NCBI GenBank assembly: GCA_013239625.1
Contig: MU054466.1
Location: 620,001-684,000 of the forward strand
Direction: 5' to 3'
Length of the DNA stretch: 64,000 nucleotides
DNA from: Lama guanicoe
Taxonomy: Eukaryota
Shown one piece after another: positions 1-19,400 of the stretch (the stretch's first letter is position 1; every line of letters begins with the position of its first letter). The translations under genes were made by a program, and so were the position numbers. The notes under the pieces are model-generated. The model ran no database searches. It was not told the DNA's origin and worked only from the letters and a program-made list of their open reading frames with translations.

Positions 1-823
1 GAGGGTGAGGGCCCGGGGGTGACGGGAGGCGGGGTGAACGCCTGGGGGCTGCAAGAGGGGAGGGTGGGGTGGAGTGCCAGCGGAGGCAGCAGTGGGACAC
101 ACGTGGTCTACACGTGAATGCTCACTCAGTGAACGGGCACTGGTCCAGCAGGCGTTCACACGCACAGCCTGGGTGGCCACACACATGGCACTCGGCACCG
201 GCTTGGCTCGGGACACTCTCACAACAGCCACGCTGCACTCCCGAGGCCCTCCCGAGGGGCCGGACCCGCACAGGCTCCGCACCTTACTCCCCCAGCACAG
301 CGGTGGCCCCTCTTCAGACAGGGGAGGAGTGATACGGGGCCTTCGGGGAAATTAACTTTACGAGAACCTTTTCTCATCTCCACGCAGACAAGAGGCGCTG
401 GAGGCTGGCCGTGGGCAGTGGGGCGCTTCCCGTGTTGGGAAAACCAGCGGGACCTTGTTGGGTCTTTTCTATAAATATCGACGCAGCACAATGCTGGGTA
501 GGGCGCTCCCCCCACCCCAGAACGGGGCTCCAGCAGGGAGGGCCTGGGGGTCCCCGCGGGGCACAGCGGAGGGCTGGAGAGGCCCAGCAGGGGCCAGCCC
601 TTGGGCGCTGGTCCAGGTCTAGCCGCAGGGCAGCACCAGCCCTACGCCTGCACCCGAAGACCCGGGGTGGGGGGGCACGCAGGGAGCCCGGGAGCCTCTC
701 AGACGTGTCCTGAGCTGGACCCCGGGCAGGCCCAGAATCGGGAGCTGTGGAGCTCGGGGCTGGAAGCTTGCAGAGCGCGCGCCATCTTTCCTCCTGGCTT
801 CCGGGCTGTGAGGTCAAGGTTTA

Positions 824-876
824 GTGACCTTGCCCTTCTGTGGGCCTTGGCGTCCCCGAGTGTAAAATGGGGACAA
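824..876 (+). mobile_element. MIR core fragment
   Basis: gtgaccttg..ctgtgggccttggcgtccccgagtgtaaaatggggac resembles the MIR core. Confidence 0.5.
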
Positions 877-893
877 CCTTGAGACCCCCCTCA

Positions 894-2306
<1,413 letters not shown>

Positions 2307-2498
2307 CTAACCAGAAAAGGGGGGTTTTAAAATAAGATACTTGAATCAGGGCTTTCCCTGAACCAGAACGAGTTGGCAGCCTGTTGGAGGCATTACGCCC
2401 CATTAACTACAATAAAAAAAAAAAATAACTAAGGCAAGAAAAAAGTCTAAAAAAAAAAACAAAAAAACCCCGCCACCTCGGCTGGCTCAGTCTCCTTA

Positions 2499-4111
<1,613 letters not shown>

Positions 4112-4148
4112 TCAGGCAGTGCAGGGCCGGGAGCAGAGCCCCAGGCTA

Positions 4149-4505
<357 letters not shown>

Positions 4506-4606
4506 TCACACTCAGGTGGGCCAGTGGCATTCCCATTGGTGGAGGGGGAGTTGGCAGAGCCCCCCCAACATGGGCGGAAAGCCCGGCAATGCCGGGGCCG
4601 CGCTCA

Positions 4607-6874
<2,268 letters not shown>

Positions 6875-9129
6875 TCAAAGGGACACCCGGGGCCAGGGCT
6901 GGAGGGCGCAGTGCCCCCAGGAGAGTGCTCCAGGTTCCCCCCTACCCCATCCCCGCCACCACCCGGCTGGCACGGACTTAAGGGTCAATGTCTGAGGAAG
7001 GTTTAAAGCTGTAAAGCATCCGTAACGTAAGCTTGGCCACTGTAACCTTTTTCAAACATGCTGTTCAATGACATTAAAGACATTCATCTGCAGCCTTCAT
7101 CCCTGCCCGGCTCCGGACCTTTTCCATCGTCCCAAGCTGGAATTCTGTCCCCGTGAAACGCTGACTTCCCATGCCCCAGAAGTTCTGATTGATGTTCAGC
7201 CCCCAGGGATGGGAGCTGTCAACTGCCCAGCCCCCGTGCCCAGCCTAGCACCCAGGGGGATTAGCAAAGGGAGGGCGGGTGGACGGGCGTGGGCAGCAAT
7301 GTGCCCTGAGCAAGTTGAGGGGGGATGAGGGCTGGGGCCACAGGCACCCCCCTGCACCCCACACAATGCTGGGGGAGTGTAAACTGGCTGGGTCCTTGCA
7401 AGTAGCCGTCAGAACCTTAAAAGCTAAGGAGGCTGTGGGCTCATAGTTGGGGGATGGCTAAGTGGACAGCACATGACGTGATGTGGCCACCACACAGCTC
7501 CTGTGCCTGGATGCCCAGCCACGTGAAGAGCTGCTGGAGAGAGGTCCCAGCAAGGGCGCCGTGCACTGTGGAAGGCAAAGTGCCCAGCTCTTAGTAGCCC
7601 CCGTAAGTGCCGAGACCCTCAGAAGGAAGTGACCCCAGGGGAGATGTGCGTCTGAGGGCAGGCCGGGTGTGAGGGACCAGACCACCTACTTCCTGAATAC
7701 CCTGGGAGGCCCCCAGCCCTTCTGCACCGTATCTGTGGTCTTCTCAGGCTGGGGAGGAGGGGCAGGGTGACTGCTTGGCGAAGGAAGAACGGAAAATGGT
7801 CGCAGGTGGCCGTTCCCACCCCAGTCCACGTGGGCTCCCAAGGTGTCTGCCGCTCTGGGCCCATCCAGCCTGGCGGGTGGTGGCTGCAGCCCCTGCTCCC
7901 TGTGCTGGGCCGCAGTCTGCTGTCCAGCCCGGGCCCTCAACCTGGGGTGCCTTGCTCTCCACCCGAGTCCCCGGCCAGCCCGGGGGACACCCAGTGCTCC
8001 CTACGCTGGGGCTGGGTTTCCGCTTCTGGGGATGCTGGGGATTGCCTCCTCTACACCCAGCTGGGGTGGTGGACAGGCAGCCTGATGGCCTGGAGCCCAG
8101 AGAGCGAGCAGACGAGAAGGAACAAAAGAAACATTTGGAACTTGTAAAACTGTCCTCAGCTGTGTAAATTCCTTGTCAATTTCCTGCTAATTAAAGCAAA
8201 GGGAAGAGAGTAGCCTGGCTAAACCCAATTAGCTCAGTTTCCAAAACCAAAGGGCTCCTGGGTGGAGCTTCACCACCACACGGTGAAAGGCTGAGGGCGG
8301 GCTGGCCTGGAGGGGGCCCCTCGCTCCAGGTCAGGTTTCTGGGGCTGGGACCACCTGCCTGCCCCTGACAAATGCTGTCAAAACAGCAGCACATGCAGGG
8401 CTGACATGGGAGCCTGGGGGACCCAGCCCAAGGCCCGTGGGGGGCTGTCCTCTGGGCAGCAGGCCATCTGGCCTCCACCCCAAGGTTGGTTCCCTGAAAG
8501 CGTCCGGTATCTGTCCATCCCCTGGGTGGGGCTGGGGAACTTTCCTGGACCTGCCTGCAGGCAGGGTCTTATGTGCACCCACCCCAGCTGGCCAGCCCTG
8601 CGTTGGGCCAGGGCCAAGGCCGAGGCCAAGGCCTTCCACAGCCTCCGCCGCCCTGCCTGGACAAAGACACAAGACGGACCTCAGGGCACAGGCCGACATC
8701 ATGGAGGGGTAGGCTGTGAGGGGGAAGGGCTGGGAAGGCAGGAGGGCAGGTGACCCTTCACAGGGTCACCTCGCTGGGGGCCCCGCACTTCCCTGAGGCT
8801 CCTTTAGGACACTCTCCAGCCTGGCCGCTACCACCTAAAGCCTGCTGGGTGCTCTGTGGGCCCTTCCTCTGCCCTGGGGCTCCTGGGGCTCCCCGGACCT
8901 ACGCCTGTCCTTATCCATCCTCCCCGCCCTGGGTGGTCCCTCTCCTTGGGCTGGGTCTGACCCCCACCAGGAGTGTCCAGCCACCTCCTGGATACCCCAG
9001 GGAAGTCCCCTCTCCCCTCCAAACAGCTCCTCCACAGGTGCGCCCCCGCCTACAGCCAGGGCATCAACAGGGGTCATCTAGGACCCCGACCCTCGTGCCC
9101 CTTCCAGGCCCCCCACGGGATCCCACGTG

Positions 9130-9300
9130 CTGTTTCATGTCTGTGTCACCTGTCATCTAAACATAGTCATGGACTCAAAAGTCCCTCTGCCCCAGCCTCC
9201 TGGGCACCACCCCAGGGAGATCTTTCTAAAATGCAAATGAAATGTCCCTCTACCCAAGAAAAATCCTGGAGACAGGGCACCAAGGCCTCAGGCCACTCCC
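9130..9300 (+). mobile_element. Possible LINE-2 fragment
   Basis: ccagggagatctttctaaaatgcaaatga resembles a conserved L2 3' motif. Confidence 0.4.
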
Positions 9301-10012
9301 CACACCTGTCCCATGTCCAGGTGGCCACATCTCCCACAGGCTGCCTGATGAGGTCTGTGCCCTTGAGGCTGGGCCTCTGCACACGCGTCTGTGAGCGTAC
9401 GTGTGAAGCAGCACGCCCTCCTCCCGGAATGCTCTCCCCACGGCCCCAGCAGCCCTGCCTTCTCATTAGCAAAGCCCCACCCTCAGTGCCCCCCTCCAGT
9501 AACACCTCCTGGAGGTCCCCTCCCCTCCTGTCCACGGGGTAGAAGTACCTCCTCTGTCCGCTGGGGCACACTGTTGCCCCCATTCCCTGTCACTGTCCCA
9601 CCTGCTCTGCAACCTCAGGCCCTGGTGTGGGGTGGCGGCCTGGGCCGCGAGCTCCCTAGCTCAGTGAGGCAGGAAGTGCAGGCATCTGGGGGCCTCCTCC
9701 ACCCAATGGCATCCTTCCCCCGAGCTGCCCCTGGGACCCCTGAGCTGCTGAGGGTGGGGTACAGGGCAAGGCAGGCGCTTGAGGGAGCTGGGTGCCACCC
9801 CCTCGGGGCCGTGCTTACTGGAGATGCCTCTACCCGGCCATCAGAGCTCAGACAGCCTGGCTGTGTTTTCAGAGTGCTCACCTGGCCCCAGCACGCAGCT
9901 TGGCTGTGATCCTGGGCCCCGCAGTTTAAATTCTCCCTGGGGCCTGAGAAGCAGGCCCACCTCCCTCCAGCCCCTTCCCCTGCTGTGGTCCAAGACCTGG
10001 AGGGAGGGTTCA

Positions 10013-10402
<390 letters not shown>

Positions 10403-13400
10403 TCAATACATCATATTAACTCTGACTCGACTAATACCATCCCTCCGGTGTGGCACAAATTGAATTGCTGATGGGCTGGGGCGAGCGGGGAGGAAGGAGG
10501 AGGGAGCCTTTGATTTCTCTCCCAGCAGCACTTAGCAGTGCGGGAGCTGCGAGGCTGGGCAACAAAAGGGGCTCTGGAGAGGCGTCTTGGGAGGAGGGAG
10601 ACAGCATGGCTCGGGGCCAGAAGAGCCTGTGCCTGGCCCTCCTCGGCCTCCATCCGCAGGCCCCCAGGCCAGCAGGCAGCTCTGAGGTGAGTGGCCCACA
10701 CCCTGGGGCTGACTTAGCTGGTGAGACAGGCCTCCACCTTGCTGGAGGCCACAGGCACCGGGCTCCTCTGTGCTCTGAGACCAGCAAAAGGAGCTGGTCC
10801 CCAGCGGTGGCAGCATCGTCCCCAGAAGAGTTCCCTGCATTGGTCCCCAGCCCTGAGACCTTCCCTGGAGCTTCCAAGTCATGTCAAGCAGGCCTCTCTC
10901 TGTCCCTCTGAGGGGCCTGGACTGTCTCCCTGCCCAGCGTGGGAACACCAGCCACACCTTGGACCCAGTTCTACCCACAGGACTCAGACTCTGGGGACCT
11001 CCGGCCACCTGGAACACACATCCCACCCGGCCCCCCAGAAGGGATGAAGACAGACAGAACGAATGCTTGGCTGGGGAAGCCCATCCAGGTGCTGGCACCC
11101 TGGCCAGGAGGAGCAGGGGGAGGCGGATCTGCCGGACGCCCAGAGCTTCCTGCCACTGAGAATGCGGCTCACCATGGCCGGTCCTTCCCCCCCAGGCCTG
11201 GCAGCGAGGCGGTGGGGGTGGCCAGAGGGCCTGCAGCCAGGAAGGCTGAGGTCGCACGCTGGGCTGGGGTGGGCAGGACGCTCTTACTCCAAAACACAGG
11301 CTTTGATCTAATGCTCTGCACATTTACCCAGGGAAAATGGGTCCCGGAGCAGTTTCTCTTGGGGATCCCATGGTTATCACAGGAGCACCTGGCTACTGGG
11401 AGCACCTTCCTACCCGACTGTAGGTCGTCTGGGCTGTGACCAGGGAGCAGGAACTCCGGGGTTTCCCCGGGGAGCAGCTGTGCAGGGCCAGGGAAGGGGG
11501 AGCTGGTGCGGCTCGAGGCAGCAGTCCTGGAGGGGAGGCAGGGGTCCCAGGGCGAGTGTGTGAGCAACAGTCATATAGCCAAGCCTCGATGCGAGGGAGC
11601 CGTGACCCCGGGCCTGGGGAGCAGGGGTGTCAGGACCCCCGAGTGGTCACAACCACATCAGGATGTGTAAGAAGCAGGGAGCTCCGTGGGATCTTGCTCA
11701 ACGACTGTTTTCCAAACTCCCTTTCAGAAGGAGAGGCTCAGAGCCCCAGGGCGGACCTCCAGGCCCCCAGGCCCTCAGAGGGCGTGGGGCATCGCCCAGC
11801 CCGAGGCTGGCCTAGATGCAGAAGGGATGAGGGTGGAGGAAGCTCTGTCTCAGTGCCAGGGGTCCGTGGGTGCATGGGGGGCAGCCCTGGAGCTCTCTGG
11901 GAGTATCGGGGGTTCAGGAGGCCCCTTGGCAGGCCTGAGGCCTGGCCAGTGTGGGAGGAGCTGTGCAACTGGCCAGTGCAAATGTAGGGACGGAGGAGAA
12001 GCTGCAGGGGCAGGGTTCAGAGTGGAAGACGGTCAGGCGGCAAACAGGGACACTCGCGATTCCCAGGATCAAGTCCACACTCCCTGCACCCTGATCCCGG
12101 CAGGTCCCTCCGCAGCGGCCACCACTCTGCCAGCCCCTCACGACTCAGTGTGATGCTCTCTGGCCCAGGGGGTCTGAGGCGACGCCACGGAACGCCAGCC
12201 CCAACAGGTGCTCCACGCAGAACACAGTCCCACCCAAGAAGCTCAAAGAACGCTGCCCACACCAGCCCTGTCGGGGGCTCCCCACCTGCATGGGTTCCGT
12301 GAAAGCTCCGAGTAGCCCCTAGATGTCTCGCCGCCTAGGGATCACCCCCCAGGCCTGCCTGAGGACATGGGAAGGCACCCTCGGCCACCCTGGCCTGTCC
12401 CTGGCGCCCCGCCTCCCGTGGGGGGCACAGTTGAGTCCAGAGAGCCTGGCCAACTGGCCTGGTTTGTGTGAGGAGACACATCTGGAGCAGATGTTTCCCA
12501 GATTCAGCTCAGCTCCTGGAAGACTTGACGAGAGCCGAGAGCCGGGCAGGGACGGGGCTGGGGCGGGCGGGGGCAGAGCCCCCGTGTGTAGTATGGGGGG
12601 GGCGGGAAACCGCCGCAGCTGCCCCCCTTTAATTGGCTGCTGTTAAATGTTTTACGGGGCCTCGTTCGGGTAAACAGAAGTCTGTAAATTCCTCCTTCCC
12701 AGACGCCGTTTCCCAGGCACGGACCCCCCGTGACCCCTCGGGAGGTCTGGGCCTCCCGCCACCCGCCCTCCGGGGGAGCAGGCACTCAGCCGGCCGGGTG
12801 CTGGGCTCCTTCCTCCCGCACCCTCTGGGGGCAGCGCAGGGCGATGGGCACGCATGTCCCTCCGCATCTGACCCAGGGCTGGTGGCCAGGGCTCAGGGGA
12901 CAGAGCCCTACCCGGGGCCCCTCCCTCATCTCCGGTCTGCCTGAAGCCCCACCCTCTGGGACCCCAGGAGGGGAATGAGGGCTGGAGGGAGGAAGGGGGT
13001 CAGATGGGGAAGATGGAAGAAGAAACGGATGGGCGTGTGCAGGGGCTGGGTGAGGCGGCCGGGCCAGGGTGAGGCAAGGCCCAGACGGGTGGGCACTGGG
13101 GCAGGGGGCCGGGAGGGAGGAAGGGGAGCAGTCCTCCCAGCCCAGCCGCAGGAAGGACCCTTTCTTCTTCCCAAGAAGACTGTATTCTCTGAATTGAAAA
13201 AGGAAATAAAAAATGCTTTTTATGAATCAGAGCAGCTGTTCTGAGATTAGAAGCCAGAAGCCAGGGCTGCTGTGGCCGGCATGGGAGACGCCTGGTCCCT
13301 GAAGGGGCTTCGGCAGAGGAGAATGTGGTGGTGGGGGGGGGTCTGATGAGGGCTCGGGGAGTGGGGTGGGCACGGGGCGGCGGGCAGGGCCAGCTGCAGA

Positions 13401-16400
13401 CACCCCAGGCCAGAGCCCGGGCAGTGCGGCAGTGTGGCTGGTGCAGGGGCGGTGCTGGGTATCCTGGCACCCAGAGCCAGCGTCCCTTGAGCCCACACTC
13501 CCCCAGGAGCGGTGTTGTCCAGGACGCCCTCGCCCCACTGAGGTTGGCTACTACGTTCACCCCAAGTGACAGGTGGCTCCAGCCTCTGTCCCTGGTCCCC
13601 TGCCACCCTCAGAGCCCAGGAGGCCCCTGAGAGTACGGAGAGGGACCCTGGGTCTCAGTGGATGACCCACTGAGGACGCCCCCCTCATCCTCCCCCCGCG
13701 CTCTGAGTTACCAGGAGACGACTCAATCTTGAGACATAGGTGGCAACACGGGACAAAGTTTCGACACCATCAGCACCTGATGGGACGCAATGAAGTGGAA
13801 GCGGTTTTCGGCTGGGCAGGGGCAGCGCAGACCAGACCCCTGGGCTGCCAGGATGCGAGGTGACCACCTGCCCCCACCCCTCCCAGCACCCCCAGGGCCT
13901 TTGCTGGCCGCGTCCAGGGAGGTCGGGAATGTTGGTGGGAAGTGTGCTGAGTGGGCAGGAGAGGGATCGGGGGCAGCCCGTCCCCGGTGGGGGCTGCCTA
14001 GAGGGCAGGGTTTGAAGGCAGAAGGGGCCAGAGGGCAGTGGGGACAACTGACACATGAAGTGGGTGAGAGCGTGGGGGGCCTCCTGTCCCCGAGAAAAGA
14101 GGTGGATGCCTGGGGGGACCCAAGGCCTGCTGTGAGCATCTCAGCTGGAGAGGAAGGAGGGGTGGCCCTGACACCCCCACATCTGCCCACCTCTCCAGGG
14201 TTTCACTGCAGAACTTTCCCAGAGGCCCAAGGTGCCCAACACCCCACTCGCCCCAGATCAGACCCAGAACCTGCTCCTCTCACCCTGGCTGGGGAGGCAG
14301 CAGCTCCCTGCCACCTGCCCGCCTGCAGGGTCCACCCTCCTGGGGGAAGACGCTGCTCTTGTGCCGCTCAGAGAGCTGGACGTGGGGGAATAGTCCTGGC
14401 CAGTCTGGGGAGGGGTGCTTGGCCAGCCAACCAGAGGGCCAGGATCCCCTGGGTGGGGGTCAGGGAACCTCCCACTGCAAGGCCCCTAGGGACCCTCACC
14501 CCTAGGCCCCCAGTGCCCGCCACCACCAGGGTCCTGCCCCAGACCCACGATGGCAAGGCCTTCTGCAGTGGAGGCCCCTTGCCCCCATGCCACCTTGACA
14601 AAGGCCTTGCCCCCTCCCTGGAGGCTCAAACTGCGAGAAAGTTCCCCCCATGACTGAGCCTTGAGCTGCAGGGGCCGTCAGCAGGGTCCCAGCATCAGGT
14701 CCCAAGGGCCAGGAGTCGTGCTCTTCCACAGCCAGCCGTCCTGGGTGGGCTCCGAGGAGCCCGGGTTGGACCGTCTCAACTGCCCACCTCCTCTGGGTCA
14801 GGCCCACCCTCCAGGACTCAGCAGAGCCCCCTGGATGAAGGCCCAGCAGACCACCCCATCTCCCGCCGGCCCTGACAGATCCCAGCCTGATCCATCTGCG
14901 GCGATCTTCGCACACACCCAGGCAAACGCCTATCCTGCCGGATTCTGCCCCACGGGCCAGCCGGAGGCCCTGACCCAACGCCCAGTGCTAACTGGGTGCT
15001 GGCTCTCTCCCACGTGAAACCCCACTCACTCAGGGTGCCACGGGGTTTCGACTGCACCGTGTATGTCTGCCACAGGATAGTGACCATCCAGAATGCTGGG
15101 AGAGGAGGGCTCTGAGGCCGCGTCCCCACGCAGCGTGGGAAGCGCTGCAGACAGCCGACGATGTCCACTCTGGGTACTGGGGGGCACTGTCCGCGAGCTG
15201 GGAGGGCGCTCGCCGCCACGGCTGCTCTAGTGTCTGCAGCAAGTAACCTTGCAGCAGCCCTTCCCCATGTCCTCCCTGCTCCTAGCCGAACGCCCCTGCT
15301 TCTGTCCACGAGCCTGTCATACGTGCGGTGGTCAGGACCCTTGGAAGTCCAGGCCATGCTTCAAGGCGCAGCTCCCAGGATCGACCGCCCTGGGCTTTGC
15401 TGGCAGGAGCCGAGTGAGACCCCTCCTCAGGCTGGGGGCTGCTTTGGAACCCCTCAGGGAGCCTCAGCCTTTCGCAGCTTGGGGTTGGGGCTCGAAAGTG
15501 TTACACGTGGCTTCCCATTTCGCTCCACCTCATCAGAGTCAGCCTACTGCGCACAAATGCGGATGCCCCTGGCCGCCCAAGGTTTGGGGCCTGGCCACCT
15601 TGGTCTGTTCGCAAGCCGAGAGGAGAGGCTCAGAGCTGCGGAAAGGTGCCAGGCTCCTGCGGGCACCTCTGGAACAAAAGCAGCAGGCAGCCAGCCCAGG
15701 AGCCAGGTGGACTGCAGACAGTCCCAGGCCCCTGGCACGCGCTCGGCAGGGAGGAGCCGGCTCAGGCCTCACCGAGCAGAAATGCAGGGCTCGGCAGAGG
15801 CCCCTCCGAGGGGGCGGGAACTGTGGGCTGGGGACGGCGGGGGCCCGGGGCTCCCTGCAGGCCTAAAGCTGGGAAAAGAAACAGCGTGTCAGAGCCTGGA
15901 GCTGAGAACAAGCTGGCCTGACCCCCACACAGAGCTCTGACTGCCTGGGAGCTCAGCTAGAGGGAGCATGGCGCTGCCCCTGCCCAGACCGCCTGCCTCT
16001 GGCTGCGCCCCTACCTTCCTGTGAGCTCCAGGCACCGCCCCCCCCAACAGGTGGGGCATCTGGAACACGTGCAGGTAATCACGCTTGGAAGATCCTGGGG
16101 ACTTGGGCCATGGGAACGACTCAAACCAGCCCCACACCCGGCTGTGCAGCCGGCAGGGGCGTCTGCCCAGGCGGTGGCACCAGGCCTCTCTCCCACCCTG
16201 TGAGACTCAGGGCTACCCACACTGCCCCCGCTGCACCTGTCAGCCCAGGAAGGCACCGAGGCCCTCAGCCCAGCAGTGGACAGTTGCTACAGGGGACACG
16301 CAAGGACAGAGGAGTCCCTGGAGGCCAGGACCCTGACAAGGAGGAGTTGGGCTGATACAAGGCACAGAGAGGGGCCAAGGTCATGGGCAGGGGGCAGGGA

Positions 16401-19400
16401 GGGCTGGCCACACAAAGCCCAGAGAAGGCTCTGAGGGAGCAGGGCTCCAGACAGGACAGGCCACTGTCTGGCTATGAGGCTGGAGAGACCTGTCTGGGAG
16501 GGCAGCCCTGATCCCCACTTTGGGCCTTCCCCAACACTGTCCCCAGGTCTCTGAGCAGCCAGCTGTCCCCGCTGACCCAGCTCCTTCCCTCCAGCATGAG
16601 CAGGGACAGGTGGGCAGGGTGAGGGGTGCTGCCTGGACATGGGGGCATCTTCACCAGGCTCAGGGGGGAGGGGACGAGGCGTGATCATCAGGGGTCCTGT
16701 TGGGGCAGATTCAGAGGCCACTTGGGCCACCAAAAAACAGGCCAGGAGCTGGGGCTGGTGCTGCCAGGGTCCTGGGGAAAAGGACCAGGTCCAGGATGGG
16801 GGCCTGTTTCAGAGAAGGGTGGGTGGAAGTCTCCTCTGGACAGGAGCCAGGAGGCCTGTGAGGTCAGGCAAGGATGGTGGACACTGGCTGGGACATTGTC
16901 TTGCACAGACATGCTCCCAGAAGCCCTGGTGAGCCCTGACGTCTCAGAGGGACAGAGGGGGACAGAGGGACAGCTGACAGGGCGTGGGGAAGCCAGGGGG
17001 CCAGGAATAGCAAGGAGTACCCAATGGCTCTTTGGTGCACCCCTGCCCCCACTGGAGGGCGAGCCTGCCCCAGGCGGTGTGGCCACGACCGAGGTTGGCC
17101 ATGCTGACAGCCAGCACGTGTGCCCGCTGCTGCCCGAGGCTCCCCCTCCAGGTGGCACAAGAGACCGTGAGTAGCCCAGTAGCCCACAGCGGCTCTGGCC
17201 CCCACCCTCCCCCAGCTGAGCCCCCAGGAACAGAGTGTCCTTTCATGGCCCTGTGGGTGGTCCCACCAGGCAGCTGGGGGGCGGGGTGGGGAGGGAGGTG
17301 GCCAGGCTTGCTGACAATAGGGCCAGCTGTGCTGCGCCCCCTCCCGCTAGGACCCACCCAGGGCAGGCGGGCTCGCTGGACACTGGCTCACCCCTGCCTC
17401 AGGCCAGCTCCGCCGCCCACCCTCACCCGAGGCCTCAGAAGGGAAGGTCCAGCCTCCGGTGGGCCCCCTCACTGGGGCGAGCCTGGGGGGCCAAGAGGCC
17501 GAGGGGCTGGACAGACAAGCTCTGCCCCAGGCCAGATGTTCTGGGGCGGATCCTCCAGCTGAGGGGTGCCTCCTCTGCACCGCAGCTGCTCCACCAGGGA
17601 CCCAGGAAGCCCTGCTCCCTGCTCTGGCGGCTGTCCCCCATATGGTGGGCTGGGTCCACCCACGGAGGGGTGGGGGCCCTGCCTGGAGTGGAGGGGCACC
17701 TGGGCCCATCCTCCCTCCTGGCCCCCACTGGCATCCCACCCTGTCCTGGCCTCCTTGCCCTTAAACTAAGAACCCCTTTAGGGGCCCAGCTCCGACCAGC
17801 CCTGGGCTGGGGAGAGGGTGGCAAGCGGACTTGGCCAGACACCTGCCTCCCCACCCACCCCAGGGGCGGTGGAAGGCAGCAGGATGAGAGTGAGGGCCAG
17901 ACCTCTGAGCAGCCCGCCCAGGCAGCCCACCATGCCTGCCGGCCCCCACTCTCCGGCCATGTCGCGTGCCCCCCGCTCGCCTCACCCCCCTTCCCCAGCA
18001 CACACGGCAGAGAACAGGCCCCGGCACGCGGGGAGCCAGCTGGCACCCAGTCAAACTAGCAGCCAGGCACGCTGCCAGGGCAGCCAGCCAGCAAACGCTG
18101 CCACTCGCCCAGCCCCGCCCACCCGCCGGCCTTTACGCTCAGCTCAGAGCTCACAGCAGCAAGGCAGCCGCACCACGTGGCCTGTCCTGTCGGGGAGAGA
18201 GGCTGCAAAGGGCGGAGGGCAGGGGAACCCCATCGGAAGGGGATCCCAAGGCGGGGCAGCTGAACTGGAGATAGAGAAGGAGAGAGAGCAAGGGGGAGAC
18301 AGAGGCACGGCCTGGAAGTGGATGGCCCCCAGCTGGGATCTGGCAGGTTGGGGTGCTCCCCCCGGGGCCGCTGCACCCCACACTCATCTTCAGTTGCGGG
18401 TAGGCCCCGCTCTTCCCAGCCCCGTGCGCAGAAGCCTGGGAGGGCGGCTTCTTTCCCCATGTCCTGCAACCACCTGTGTTTGCCTGCCACGCCCACAGCC
18501 CTGCCACGTGTGCCCTCCCCCAGGAGACTGTGGGCACGTCCAGCCTGAGGAAGTGCCGGGGGCACTTCAGGGCTAGGCGGGCGAACAGCTGACCCCTGGC
18601 CCTCAGAGCAGGCCTCAGAGGGAGGCCCCTCTTTCTGCTCAGGCTGCCCTTGCTGGCAGGATGGGGCAGGGGCTGGCGGGACTGGCACAGGCCAGGGTGT
18701 CGCCCCCACCTTGGCCCCCCACCCCATCGGCGGCCCTGGGGCTGGGGATGGGGCTGGGGCCGGGGCTGGGGCCGACAGCGGCAAGGCGCCCCGAAGGCCG
18801 CAGGCCGTGAGCACCCCCGCCGAGGCAGAGGTAGCATTGGCTCAGGGGAGGTGCGTGTCTGCGGGCCGTTGAGGGCGTTATCTGCAGGCTGCCTCCCAAC
18901 CAACCCTCCCAGCAGCTCCCAGAGGGGCAGGACCTTCTCCCTGCGCCCCAGGGCAGGTGGTGCTGCCCACAAACTGCCCTCCCTGCAGGCAAGGTCCCCA
19001 GGGGTGGGCCAGAGGGGCAAGGGGCTATGAGCCTCCTGACGCAGAGCTGCCGCCACTCCCGGCCCGACCGGGAATACAGCCCGGCGGGCCCACGCACCTG
19101 CGGCGGGGCCGGGGCAGCAGCGGAGTTAGTTCGGTTGAGGTGGTCCCACTCGGCTGCTGAGGGCCTCCCCTGCCCGCCCCACAACACGGCTCCCTCCTTC
19201 CCCCGCAGACATCCTGGGAGCCAGATGCTCCTGCCAGAGCCAGGAGTTTGCCCGGCAGACACAGAAGGCGGGAGGGCTGGAAGGAGCTGGGGGCGGGCGT
19301 GCCAGGAGCTCGGCGGGGCCCACCCACGGCCGCCCAGGAAGCCTTGAACTGGCGCTCAGCACTGAGGCACCGTCTCCCCTCGGGGAGGGTGCCGAGAGTG

